From positions 34,092 to 98,091 of IMG/VR virus record IMGVR_UViG_3300033463_004542: a DNA stretch of 64,000 bases; one strand, 5' to 3'. The stretch's first letter is position 1. Each line of letters opens with the position of its first letter. Below the pieces are notes generated by a model. It did no database searches. It saw nothing but the letters and a program-made list of their open reading frames with translations, and was not told the origin of the DNA. This document shows positions 27,754 to 36,660 of the stretch, piece by piece. This DNA is from a virus (Duplodnaviria; Caudoviricetes). The translations under genes were made by a program, and so were the position numbers.

Positions 27754-30700
27754 CTATGTTGATGTACGCTGGGTTACACCTAAACCAAGTGCACTCATCG
27801 TATCTATCAGCGATAAACCGCCTGCCTGTGTATTCTGCTGTTGCATCATTGCTTCAAGTATGATTACTATCTTACCTAACAATGCATTTGCTTGCATCTG
27901 AGGGTCAAGTTTCTTTAATTCATCTGCACTGAATACATTCATTGCATTTGCTAATGCTAATAATGTTTCATTCTGTGCATCGCCTTCTGCTTGTCTTAAA
28001 TCACTCCAAGCACTTGCACCAGAAATTGATTCACTATATTTACCTACACGGCCAATATAGCCTATCCAATCTGCTAAACACTTTTGGAATACACTTGAAG
28101 TTGAAACAAATGTCTTATGGAAATTTGTATTCAACAATTCTAAAGCACTAATGACAGTAAAATCTTTAGCATCTCCGAGTTTACTTCCAATCATGTCTTC
28201 CTTAATCTGTATATTAGATAATGCCATATCTACAGCATCCATTCTCTGGTCATATCTTGCACCTGAATCAAAGAATGGTTTGAATTCATCATTTATGAAT
28301 GGAAGCCACATAGCGGTTTGATAAATTCCGCTTGTGCCTGCATCGAAGTCCCAGAAGGCTCTAGTTTCATCTCTGAATTTCTGTTCGTCTTCTTTTCTTG
28401 CTGCTTCTTGTAAAGCACCTTCTCTTGCTTGGTTGGCCTGGAAGTAACCTTGAATCTCGGCTTCACTTCTTCCGTAGTTACTAAGTGCTTCGTCCCAATC
28501 TGAAAGACCGTAGTCACTTAATGTTTCTTTGTATGCTTCCCAAGACATTGTCTTAGATGCTTCTTCTGCACTGTCAAGAAATTCTTGGAACTTAGCATTT
28601 GATAATGCCATAGCATTTTCAGCAGCCGTAGCAGTTATATTCTTTATTATAGCAGGAAGTGAACCTTTGCTTGATGCAGAAGATAACGAAGCTGCACTCT
28701 TTCCTACGCTGAATCCAGAATAAATTGAACTTATAGATGAACCTGTTGATGCTCCGGCTTTAGCAGAAATGTTAGTATATCCTGAATTATCTTGCATCCA
28801 ACCAAGGAGGCCACCACCAGAATAATATGCATTGTTGAATCCTTCAGCGCCTCCTGTCAATAAGGCAGCAGTAGGGTCACCGGCTAATGCACCTAATACT
28901 AACTGATTCTCCAATGCACCCAAAGGACCTGCAGGGCTAAAAACTGTTCCAATTGCTGTAGCAATTTTAACCCCATCGGGTGTAACATAGTCAGTAACAT
29001 TAGACTTGCCGCCCATCATCTCGATAAGAGGTCTTACAAGGGCCAAATCTTGTCCTACTGTAACTAAGTTTGTAAGGGCTTGTTGATTAGAACCTACAGC
29101 ACTTAACTGAAGAATTTCTGCAATATCTTCTCGTCTTTCTTCGACTTCTTTAACTGAAGCATCCATGTTTGCAATGCTATTTGCAGCATATGAAATAGGA
29201 TTCAAGAAATTGAGGAGATTTACAATTGTTTCACGAATGCCTTCAAGGAATGCTAATGCAGAACCTTGGATTTCTACAGCATAAGTTGCTTCTTGCATCT
29301 GTTGTGCAATCTGCTCTTCCCACATATGTTGCTGAACCATTCGGCCAGCTTCACTATCAATTACATACGCAAGTCCTTCTTCAAGAATTGTATTATTTAT
29401 TTCTTGAAGTTTAAGTTGCTCAGTGGACATTGTAGCTTCGCCACTAGCAAGGAGTGACATATTCTCACTTAATGCTCCACTGTTGATGTTCATCTCGGCA
29501 ATCTTGTCTGCAAGGTTATTGAAATCAACCCTTGCAAATGCCTTCATGTCTATTCCGAATATAGATGAAAGTCCTTCTGCGACTTCCATATAATTGTCGG
29601 GAGACATATTTTGCATGTTGGCAAGGTTCTTAAATATTGTTACAAACAAGCCTTGAGGGTCATTTGCTAACTGCTTTAAGAACTCTGTATTGCTTGCATT
29701 CATTCCAGAAAGGGAACGAAGTGCAACGATTGTATCACTGTTTCCGCCAATCGCTGCTTTAACTACATTGTCAACTAATCCTGATGCTAAATCAGGAGCA
29801 ACAGAACTTACTATAGCAGATACAGAAGTAAGTGTACCTGAGATATCTGCGGCATTTCCACTCTTTGCAGATTGGGCAATAGCAACAGCACTGCTGAGTA
29901 AATTAGAAGCATCTTTTAATCCTGTGCCTAAACCACCTGAAAGATTTCTGCTTGAATATAAGAGATTATTAGCAAATGCTTCTAACTGCTGATTAGCATA
30001 CTGAACTGCTTCAGCTTGAGCCATTCCCTGTGCAGTAGCGTCAGATATTAACTGAGCATAAGTACTTCCGTAACTTAAGAAGTTTTCAGTAGGTACTGCA
30101 GCAGTTAATTTAGTGGCTTCGTAAGCAAACTCTTCGGCAATCTTTCCGCTTAATCCACTCTCTAATACAGAACTGAGATTATTGATAATATCAGTAGCAG
30201 GAATTACTGAACCTAATCCTTCACTGATTAATCTCTCAGATACACTAGAATATAAATCGTAGACATCTTCTTTTGTATAGCCTTGAGTTAAAGAGATTTT
30301 GGCAAGATTTGCATCCCATGCATCTTCCCATTTCTTAGCAGCATTCATGAGTATTTCAAAAGGCTCACGAGCCATATACTCCATATCTGCCTTAAGTCTC
30401 TTTTGAGCCTCTTCAGATTGTTTCTTACGACTTTCTTCTCTTCGAGTAGCGGCAGCTTGCAAAGCTTCAGAAAGCTTTACAAGACCTTCAAATGCTGGTT
30501 TTAATAACTTAGCCGCAATTACTACACCTAAGATTACAGGAGCGGCAGCAGATGCTACGGCTGTTAATTCTCCCATTGCACCTGTAACTTGTGCACCGCC
30601 AGCGGCTACATCACCCATTGCTTGTCCAGCCGCTTTAACGCCTGAACCTGCGGCACTATTTATGACATTTCCAACTGCTTTGCCTAATTCAGAATTAGAA

Positions 30701-31191
30701 CCTGCTAACTTATTACCGGCAGTTTGGAGAGCTTTATTTAAGATAGAATTCTTACCGTCACCAAATATCTGCTTACCAATATTTTTGCCTAATGCACCGG
30801 GAAGGTCTTTTAATTCTACTCCAAATTGTTTTGAGAATGTAGCAAGAGCACGATTCATGCCCTTCTTGAAATCGCCACCTGTAAGAGAATTGAGAAGTTG
30901 ATTCTCAATACCTTTTGTGAAATCTCTAGTTATGTTTCCGGAACGCAGATAACTTCGAGTTTCTTCATATCTATCTCTCTGTTTATACTGCATTTCATCT
31001 CTTCGGTCACTAAAGAAACTTTGAGATGAATTAGAAGGATTGAAACCACCAGGATTAGAAGCACTTTCATCATGAAGTGCCCTACGCATGGAACGATACA
31101 TGATATCGGCCATTTGACGCTGGTCAGGAGAAGTTCTTGAATCAAAGAATGGATTTCCTGAATAATTCTGGTTGTTGTTATTTTCTGACAT
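27754..31191 (-). CDS. Tape measure protein
   Basis: 1145 aa, helical and Ala/Gly/Leu/Ser-rich; lies between chaperone and baseplate genes. Confidence 0.75.
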   Translation of the reverse strand: MSENNNNQNYSGNPFFDSRTSPDQRQMADIMYRSMRRALHDESASNPGGFNPSNSSQSFFSDRRDEMQYKQRDRYEETRSYLRSGNITRDFTKGIENQLLNSLTGGDFKKGMNRALATFSKQFGVELKDLPGALGKNIGKQIFGDGKNSILNKALQTAGNKLAGSNSELGKAVGNVINSAAGSGVKAAGQAMGDVAAGGAQVTGAMGELTAVASAAAPVILGVVIAAKLLKPAFEGLVKLSEALQAAATRREESRKKQSEEAQKRLKADMEYMAREPFEILMNAAKKWEDAWDANLAKISLTQGYTKEDVYDLYSSVSERLISEGLGSVIPATDIINNLSSVLESGLSGKIAEEFAYEATKLTAAVPTENFLSYGSTYAQLISDATAQGMAQAEAVQYANQQLEAFANNLLYSSRNLSGGLGTGLKDASNLLSSAVAIAQSAKSGNAADISGTLTSVSAIVSSVAPDLASGLVDNVVKAAIGGNSDTIVALRSLSGMNASNTEFLKQLANDPQGLFVTIFKNLANMQNMSPDNYMEVAEGLSSIFGIDMKAFARVDFNNLADKIAEMNINSGALSENMSLLASGEATMSTEQLKLQEINNTILEEGLAYVIDSEAGRMVQQHMWEEQIAQQMQEATYAVEIQGSALAFLEGIRETIVNLLNFLNPISYAANSIANMDASVKEVEERREDIAEILQLSAVGSNQQALTNLVTVGQDLALVRPLIEMMGGKSNVTDYVTPDGVKIATAIGTVFSPAGPLGALENQLVLGALAGDPTAALLTGGAEGFNNAYYSGGGLLGWMQDNSGYTNISAKAGASTGSSISSIYSGFSVGKSAASLSSASSKGSLPAIIKNITATAAENAMALSNAKFQEFLDSAEEASKTMSWEAYKETLSDYGLSDWDEALSNYGRSEAEIQGYFQANQAREGALQEAARKEDEQKFRDETRAFWDFDAGTSGIYQTAMWLPFINDEFKPFFDSGARYDQRMDAVDMALSNIQIKEDMIGSKLGDAKDFTVISALELLNTNFHKTFVSTSSVFQKCLADWIGYIGRVGKYSESISGASAWSDLRQAEGDAQNETLLALANAMNVFSADELKKLDPQMQANALLGKIVIILEAMMQQQNTQAGGLSLIDTMSALGLGVTQRTST

Positions 31192-31505
31192 TAGTTTCTC
31201 TTCTTTGTTGCATTATTTTCTAATCGTTGCTGTCGTTCCTTCAATTCTTTTTCAAAAGATTTTACATATTTTTCTCTTACAAATATAGGTTGTTGCATAA
31301 CCCAATCTGCACTTACTGCGCCTTCGGAGGCTCTTGATATGAATAAGGTTTCATCTATTATGCGTTCATATTTGTCTTGACGCATATCATGAAATGTTTT
31401 TAATTCGCCATTAAGCTTTATTGTTTCCCTTAGCGGGTCCACTTGACTTCTCGGCACATCTATCAGCCTTCCAGGCCCTGAGATTTCCCAAGGTCGGACG
31501 AAAAA
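31191..31505 (-). CDS. Frameshift extension of tail assembly chaperone (gp51/gpT-like C-terminal part)
   Basis: Open +1 frame overlapping the end of the upstream gene; no RBS before the internal Met; FISRASEGAVSADWVMQQPIFVR resembles gp51-like segments. Confidence 0.55.
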   Translation of the reverse strand, partial: FFVRPWEISGPGRLIDVPRSQVDPLRETIKLNGELKTFHDMRQDKYERIIDETLFISRASEGAVSADWVMQQPIFVREKYVKSFEKELKERQQRLENNATKKRN

Positions 31506-32229
31506 ATCGGTCATCGACAAGTGCAATAAATGCGGCATCTTTGCTACCACACTTAGGACATGTCGTTGTACCTCCTGCTCTAAGGCCAAAATCTGTTAAT
31601 TCGGATACTACTTGCTTAAGAATCTTAAAATCAGCGTCAACAAGACTATTCTGAAGTTTGAATTTGATATCTGCAGGTGTCATATTTGATTCGCCATTGA
31701 TAGACTTCACCATGTAACACATTCTAGCCAAATCGGCATTTCTTTCACCTGTAGATAATGTAAACAACTTATCATTGTTTGCATTTACTATATCCTGAAT
31801 TGTGGGAAGTTTTAAAACAATATCACCATTAAAGTCGATGAACTCGTCTTTAGATATCTTTATATTATTATCAAAGCCTGCAGGAAGTGTCTTTACTTCT
31901 ACTGAGCGAAGGTCTACTTGATATTCACCTCTAGATACTTCACCGCAGTCTCCGCAGAAGATTGCATTTGTTGTATAGAAAGGGCCATAGTTAAGAATTC
32001 TTAAGCCTCTACAAATCCATTGGAAATCAATTTCTAAAAGATTGTGGAAATTGCAACTTTCTTCAATTGCTTTAGGGAATATGATATCAAGCATAGTTGC
32101 TACGAAATCTTCCCCTCCTACATAATCCAATTCGGATGCAGTAGGAATGCTCTTAAGGGTGAGAACATCAGGAATCTCACCATTGTAAAGCCCTTTGCCT
32201 AACAGTTCGATTTTTTCTGAAATAGCCAT
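31411..32229 (-). CDS. Tail/baseplate hub assembly chaperone (T4 gp26-like) with two CxxC motifs
   Basis: S.G..Y, LL..D...I...LRI..YG, CGDC, CPKC and FF motifs; directly upstream of tape measure. Confidence 0.75.
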   Translation of the reverse strand: MAISEKIELLGKGLYNGEIPDVLTLKSIPTASELDYVGGEDFVATMLDIIFPKAIEESCNFHNLLEIDFQWICRGLRILNYGPFYTTNAIFCGDCGEVSRGEYQVDLRSVEVKTLPAGFDNNIKISKDEFIDFNGDIVLKLPTIQDIVNANNDKLFTLSTGERNADLARMCYMVKSINGESNMTPADIKFKLQNSLVDADFKILKQVVSELTDFGLRAGGTTTCPKCGSKDAAFIALVDDRFFRPTLGNLRAWKADRCAEKSSGPAKGNNKA

Positions 32230-32335
32230 TTGATACCTCCAAAAAGTGTTTAGTGATTGGTATTTCGTGTATATTAAGTTGTCTTATATTTACCATAAAA
32301 GTATTAATGATAAATATTCTTACATGATATTATTT

Positions 32336-32341
32336 AAGGTT
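32336..32341 (-). promoter_or_regulatory. Putative late promoter AACCTTAAAT
   Basis: Recurrent motif immediately after a terminator. Confidence 0.55.
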
Positions 32342-32348
32342 AATCAAT

Positions 32349-32381
32349 ACAAAAACGGGAGGTGAAAGGTGCCTCCCGTTC
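32349..32381 (-). terminator. Rho-independent terminator
   Basis: AACGGGAGGCACCTTTCACCTCCCGTT followed by TTTGT. Confidence 0.75.
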
Positions 32382-32410
32382 TTGCATGTGTGGTCTATGG
32401 CAGAAGAAAA

Positions 32411-32509
32411 CTATTCTTTATCTCGACTCATAACTAACACTGCACTTATCATGAAACCAAATACGGCTCCAAGTATAAATCCAAATGCTACTCCGATGAT
32501 GGTGTTCAT
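32411..32509 (-). CDS. 32-aa single-TM membrane peptide (MNTIIGVAFGFILGAVFGFMISAVLVMSRDKE), possibly leaderless
   Basis: Translated by hand; hydrophobic; AACCTT motif about 10 nt upstream and no RBS. Confidence 0.5.
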   Translation of the reverse strand: MNTIIGVAFGFILGAVFGFMISAVLVMSRDKE

Positions 32510-32524
32510 ATCAATATGAAAGGT

Positions 32525-33220
32525 TTAAATTTTTCCACGGAATGAAGTCTTAGTATCAAATCCGTGATTTACTATTTTATCTTTATTAGTCGTACCTTCG
32601 GCTACGGTTGATTCAGATGCGGTCTTTTCCAAAGAAAAATACTCGTCTATTGCGTGATACATATCTTCCGCAGAGATTATACTTGAAATTCCACAGGCCT
32701 TGAATAAAGGAATTGATAACTCTGATTTAGTATCTCCGACATACTGGATAAATTTATTAAAGGCAGAAGACTTGAAATCGGCAGTGTCAATAGCCTGTCT
32801 TAAATCATCTTTATGCTCCCTAATCTTCTCCGGCACATATTCATAATGGAAAGTAGTTTTATCCATATAAAAGATGTCATATTTCCAGTCGGTATTAAAA
32901 CTGATAAGAGATAACTTGAATAATTCTCTTGGCTTATTATAGTTCTTCCAAGTTGTTATGCATTCTAGTTCATAATCCAACGGCTTATCTCTGCAGGGAT
33001 AGTCATCAAACTTAGTTATGTGAACAAGAATAAGCCAAAAGGTTGCTCCGCTCTGAAGTAGGACAAACCTATAAGCCGAATAACTCCTCCAAGCCCATCG
33101 TATTCTATCGCAGAACATATCTTTTGTCAGAAGAAATGAGCCACGCCTGTCAAATACAAGCGTGTCATCTCGGTCTTGAAGATAATCATAATAATCTTGG
33201 TTCTTATCTATTATCCTCAT
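32525..33220 (-). CDS. Hypothetical protein
   Basis: MRIIDKNQDYYDY N-terminus, HGFD.KTSFR C-terminus; GGAGG RBS. Confidence 0.75.
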   Translation of the reverse strand: MRIIDKNQDYYDYLQDRDDTLVFDRRGSFLLTKDMFCDRIRWAWRSYSAYRFVLLQSGATFWLILVHITKFDDYPCRDKPLDYELECITTWKNYNKPRELFKLSLISFNTDWKYDIFYMDKTTFHYEYVPEKIREHKDDLRQAIDTADFKSSAFNKFIQYVGDTKSELSIPLFKACGISSIISAEDMYHAIDEYFSLEKTASESTVAEGTTNKDKIVNHGFDTKTSFRGKI

Positions 33221-33404
33221 TAGAAACCTCCTTTAGTGGGCAATCTTTATTCCTTTCTTCAAATGGGTCATAGAGTTCTTCACCTGTATCTTTATTATAA
33301 AAACAACTATTAGGAATTAAGTTACAACACCCGAACTCGTGGTCATAGATAGGGCAATCAATACAACATTTCGGCATATCCATTCCGCTGATTATGATAC
33401 TCAT
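33204..33404 (-). CDS. Small Cys-rich hypothetical protein
   Basis: MDMPKCC.DCP...CPL motif. Confidence 0.7.
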   Translation of the reverse strand: MSIIISGMDMPKCCIDCPIYDHEFGCCNLIPNSCFYNKDTGEELYDPFEERNKDCPLKEVSNEDNR

Positions 33405-33431
33405 TAGGATTCTCCTTCAAACTTGTTAGTG

Positions 33432-33698
33432 TTATTTCCCTTCCCGTCTTTTCTGCTCCGCTATAAGAAAATCCTGATATTCAAGCCAACCTTTCTTATC
33501 AAAATCAGAACCGTAATTACCACATTGTGCCTGACTATCGCAGTCATTTATCAGCACTTGCAAATCTTTATTAGATATTTCGGCTATATGAGATTTAACA
33601 ATTCCTTGAACTAAACTCGGCATATAAGTTTGTCTGCCTTGACAGTACCTTATTGCACAAACGGCTAATGTCCCAAAATCTTCATTATCTATTTTCAT
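33432..33698 (-). CDS. Hypothetical protein
   Basis: CAIRYC.GR.TY motif; RBS. Confidence 0.7.
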   Translation of the reverse strand: MKIDNEDFGTLAVCAIRYCQGRQTYMPSLVQGIVKSHIAEISNKDLQVLINDCDSQAQCGNYGSDFDKKGWLEYQDFLIAEQKRREGK

Positions 33699-33700
33699 AA

Positions 33701-33991
33701 TTATTCTCCTTTATCAGCGGGGATTATTACTTCAGCCCTATCAACTTTAAATTTATGTGTTATTCCATAATCACAACTATTACAAATAAAGTCATAACTA
33801 GGCGGGCAATCTTTAACATTATTAGGGCATCTATAATATGCTAATTTACTGCGGTCAATCAAATCTCCGTGTCCTTTAGGGAGAGGTATGCCATTAGCGA
33901 TTGCGGTATGGATGTCATAACAGGTGTTATCCAACCCTTTTATGAACTCATATCTTTCTTCCGGTATATCAATTACTATTCTCATAGCCAT
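33701..33991 (-). CDS. Hypothetical protein (IVIDI / HGDLID family)
   Basis: Motifs shared with 34191..34457. Confidence 0.7.
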   Translation of the reverse strand: MAMRIVIDIPEERYEFIKGLDNTCYDIHTAIANGIPLPKGHGDLIDRSKLAYYRCPNNVKDCPPSYDFICNSCDYGITHKFKVDRAEVIIPADKGE

Positions 33992-34184
33992 CTACCTCAT
34001 TAGCCTTTAACGGCTCTTTACAACTATTACAATGTCTATAATCCTTAATAGAACGACCATAAGGGATAAACAATTCATTCCTACACTTTGGACAACGATA
34101 AAGTGAACCACCTATCGTCAATTTTGGATTAAGCTGTATCTGTTCCCAAGCAAGCATATTTTTAGTAAGTAAAAAATTTGTCAT
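33969..34184 (-). CDS. Small zinc-ribbon protein
   Basis: CPKC...CNSC. Confidence 0.6.
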   Translation of the reverse strand: MTNFLLTKNMLAWEQIQLNPKLTIGGSLYRCPKCRNELFIPYGRSIKDYRHCNSCKEPLKANEVDGYENSN

Positions 34185-34190
34185 ACCAAT

Positions 34191-34457
34191 TTACCTCCCT
34201 GCTGGAATTACTGTTGGGGCATCATCGATAGCCTTTAACATTATTTCTCCGATATAATGCTCTCTTGCTTCATATTCTTCGCATAATGTCTTTTTCAAAG
34301 CCTCACGGCTGATTAAATCGCCTTGTGGTTTTTCTTCATAAGGTATTCCGTTACGGATTGCTTCCTTTATACGACTTATAGCTTCATAATAGAGTGGCTT
34401 AATATCGCTCTGCATATTTTCACAGTATCTCGGTTCAATATCAATTACTATCTTCAT
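34191..34457 (-). CDS. Hypothetical protein (IVIDI / GDLISR family)
   Basis: MKIVIDI...GDLISR...IDDAPTV. Confidence 0.7.
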   Translation of the reverse strand: MKIVIDIEPRYCENMQSDIKPLYYEAISRIKEAIRNGIPYEEKPQGDLISREALKKTLCEEYEAREHYIGEIMLKAIDDAPTVIPAGR

Positions 34458-34585
34458 ACTTTCGGCTTCCTTTCTGTATAAGCAAATTTTGCATACTTAC
34501 AAGGCTCTCCCTTGCTCTTCTTTATCTCGCAAATCTGCGAAAGAACACATCTTTTACAACTATTAGACTGTCTATATGTTGTCAT
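34454..34585 (-). CDS. 43-aa Cys-containing hypothetical protein, not in the ORF track
   Basis: Translated by hand MTTYRQSNSCKRCVLSQIC...; fills the gap; ATGA overlap with the next gene. Confidence 0.5.
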   Translation of the reverse strand: MTTYRQSNSCKRCVLSQICEIKKSKGEPCKYAKFAYTERKPKV

Positions 34586-34586
34586 A

Positions 34587-34826
34587 TCAATTTACCTCGT
34601 CAACTACTACATATATCTTCTGTTCATCTGTATCATATCCTACCTGAACTACCTTAAATCTTTCAGGATAGGTATATGTAAGCCTATTGCAAGGTTCTCC
34701 GGTCTTTGCAATAACTGTGAACCAAGCCCCTGTATTAAGATATGGGATAAGGTCTATCAGCAGAAGTTCTCTATCCTCTCGTTTATATGATGTAGTTGCT
34801 TGTTCTAACCAATTACTCATAATCAC
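34587..34826 (-). CDS. Hypothetical protein
   Basis: ORF in tightly packed operon. Confidence 0.6.
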   Translation of the reverse strand: MIMSNWLEQATTSYKREDRELLLIDLIPYLNTGAWFTVIAKTGEPCNRLTYTYPERFKVVQVGYDTDEQKIYVVVDEVN

Positions 34827-35122
34827 TTCTCCTTTGATATGTTTTCTGTATATGTGATACCTTGCTTCCCACGCATATCTTCGGAGTAAACCGGGTTTAT
34901 AACACCCCCTTTGTCCTTGTCTTTGATGTCAAAAATGGAGTCTTGTATATTTTTCATACCATTTTCCGCACTCTTGCGTAACTCATATATCTTCTGACTA
35001 AGAAGTTGATACCTCTGATATGCCGGATTATTCATTCCGTACTGATGCTCAACGGCATACATTGCTTGGTCTACTGCCATTTCTATGTAGAACAATTCGT
35101 CATAAGATAAATTAACTTTCAT
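34823..35122 (-). CDS. Hypothetical protein
   Basis: ORF; likely start MKVNL at 35122. Confidence 0.6.
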   Translation of the reverse strand: MKVNLSYDELFYIEMAVDQAMYAVEHQYGMNNPAYQRYQLLSQKIYELRKSAENGMKNIQDSIFDIKDKDKGGVINPVYSEDMRGKQGITYTENISKEK

Positions 35123-35123
35123 A

Positions 35124-35660
35124 TCATACCCCCATATATACAACCCCTGTATCTGTGAAATAAATCAAAGTCGGATTCTCGTCTTCTTCATAGCGAGAAT
35201 ACCCGATAAATCCCTTTGTTTCCGTAAAAGGATATATCCACTCCAAAAAATGCTTTATCTCGTCATCATAATCCTTCAAATCGCACCTGACATTCAAGAT
35301 ACGTTTGTATGTATTAGTTTCCTCGTCTTCCTTATACCACGGTGTCTTATTGGTCAAAGAAGAATCAGCGATATGGTCGAAATAGAATGAATCGCAACGG
35401 AGCATATATTCCCACCTACCGGCATCAGACTTAAACAACGGATGCTTGGGTAAAGTTACCTCATTGTCCGATTCACCTACCATATTTTCCAATAAGGCTA
35501 AAGTTGCCTTATCTACCTTAATGGCTACCTCGATATTAAGTTCAGTATACATGCCCATATTAAAAACCCTCTGTTTCACTACCAAATAAGTACGGTCTTG
35601 TAGTCTTATCGTTTCTATCCCAAGTCTTTGCATAATCAGCCGGATATTGGTCTGCGACAT
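35124..35660 (-). CDS. Hypothetical protein (true start probably MGMYTE, about 35558)
   Basis: MGMYTE..., LK.YD.EI..FL.WI.P, GY.RYEE...PT motifs. Confidence 0.65.
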   Translation of the reverse strand: MSQTNIRLIMQRLGIETIRLQDRTYLVVKQRVFNMGMYTELNIEVAIKVDKATLALLENMVGESDNEVTLPKHPLFKSDAGRWEYMLRCDSFYFDHIADSSLTNKTPWYKEDEETNTYKRILNVRCDLKDYDDEIKHFLEWIYPFTETKGFIGYSRYEEDENPTLIYFTDTGVVYMGV

Positions 35661-35898
35661 GATTATTAAAATTGCTATCTCGCAAGAAAATGATAATTCT
35701 TGAATCTTTTACTCGATAGAAGTCCACTACGTCTTGTAAATGGTCAAAAGTCAAATAAGCACCGCCAAAATGCTCTTGCCCCATTAACTCTGAACGTGTA
35801 CCCCTACCCACCAAAAGATTCTCGTCATAGGCATTAGTTACATAAATCGTAAACTCTTGCCAATAAGTAGCGACTGATAGCATATCCCAAAGTTTCAT
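35560..35898 (-). CDS. Hypothetical protein
   Basis: AAGGAG RBS. Confidence 0.65.
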   Translation of the reverse strand: MKLWDMLSVATYWQEFTIYVTNAYDENLLVGRGTRSELMGQEHFGGAYLTFDHLQDVVDFYRVKDSRIIIFLRDSNFNNHVADQYPADYAKTWDRNDKTTRPYLFGSETEGF

Positions 35899-35991
35899 AA
35901 TCTATCTCCTTTTATTAAAAGACGAATAAGAAATATGCAATGTATGTGTATTATCATTTGATACTATCATTACACCCATAACAATTCCTCC

Positions 35992-36234
35992 TTATACTCC
36001 TGTATCTACATCTGCGAAATCTGTGAGCTCCGGACGATATGCAATAAATATTGCACCCTCCTCTTCAGTTATAGTACCCTGCTTGATTGCTATCTTGATA
36101 CAAATATACTTGTCCTTGAGCTCCACCTTAGGGTCGGCTACTATCATAGCGAGCTTTGCAATCTTGATAACCTTAGGGTCCTCTACCTCCATTGCATTGC
36201 TCATCTCTGTATTCTTAAAAACTTTATCTATCAT
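35992..36234 (-). CDS. Hypothetical protein
   Basis: AAGGAG RBS before MIDKVF at 36234. Confidence 0.65.
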   Translation of the reverse strand: MIDKVFKNTEMSNAMEVEDPKVIKIAKLAMIVADPKVELKDKYICIKIAIKQGTITEEEGAIFIAYRPELTDFADVDTGV

Positions 36235-36247
36235 ATTAAACTCCTTA

Positions 36248-36266
36248 TTGAAATAATTCAAGAATT
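36248..36266. promoter_or_regulatory. Putative operator TTGAA-N4-TTCAA (19-bp repeat, copy 1)
   Basis: TTGAAATAATTCAAGAATT identical to 38925-38943. Confidence 0.55.
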
Positions 36267-36297
36267 GAATGGAATAAACTAAAATCTACATTAGAAA

Positions 36298-36603
36298 TTA
36301 GCTGATGTAGATTCTAGGATATGTGATAGTCTTCTGATAATCGGAGACCTTATCACCGAAGAATTCCTTAATCTTGGCTTCATCCAACCTAGCGGAGCTG
36401 ACGATTACGCAAGATACCTTATAGTCGTCACCATAGACGATGTAAGTATTCTTCTTCTCTCCACCGAGGGTTCCCTTCGCCTTAGCATAAGCCTCAATCT
36501 CATCATTAATCTTATCCAAGGCTGCATCAATCTTCTTCTTGAGGACTGAGAGCTTTCTCTTCTTGACTACGAGCTTGTCGAGTTCTTTCTTTGTTTTACA
36601 CAT
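36298..36603 (-). CDS. Basic coiled-coil hypothetical protein
   Basis: GGAGG RBS; GAATCGTTATA motif upstream. Confidence 0.75.
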   Translation of the reverse strand: MCKTKKELDKLVVKKRKLSVLKKKIDAALDKINDEIEAYAKAKGTLGGEKKNTYIVYGDDYKVSCVIVSSARLDEAKIKEFFGDKVSDYQKTITYPRIYIS

Positions 36604-36645
36604 GATAATTTCCTCCTCTTGGATTATTGATATTTTGATATCTGA

Positions 36646-36656
36646 TATAACGATTC
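36646..36656 (-). promoter_or_regulatory. Putative second-class phage promoter GAATCGTTATA
   Basis: Exact 11-mer found four times, all intergenic. Confidence 0.6.
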
Positions 36657-36660
36657 TCTT

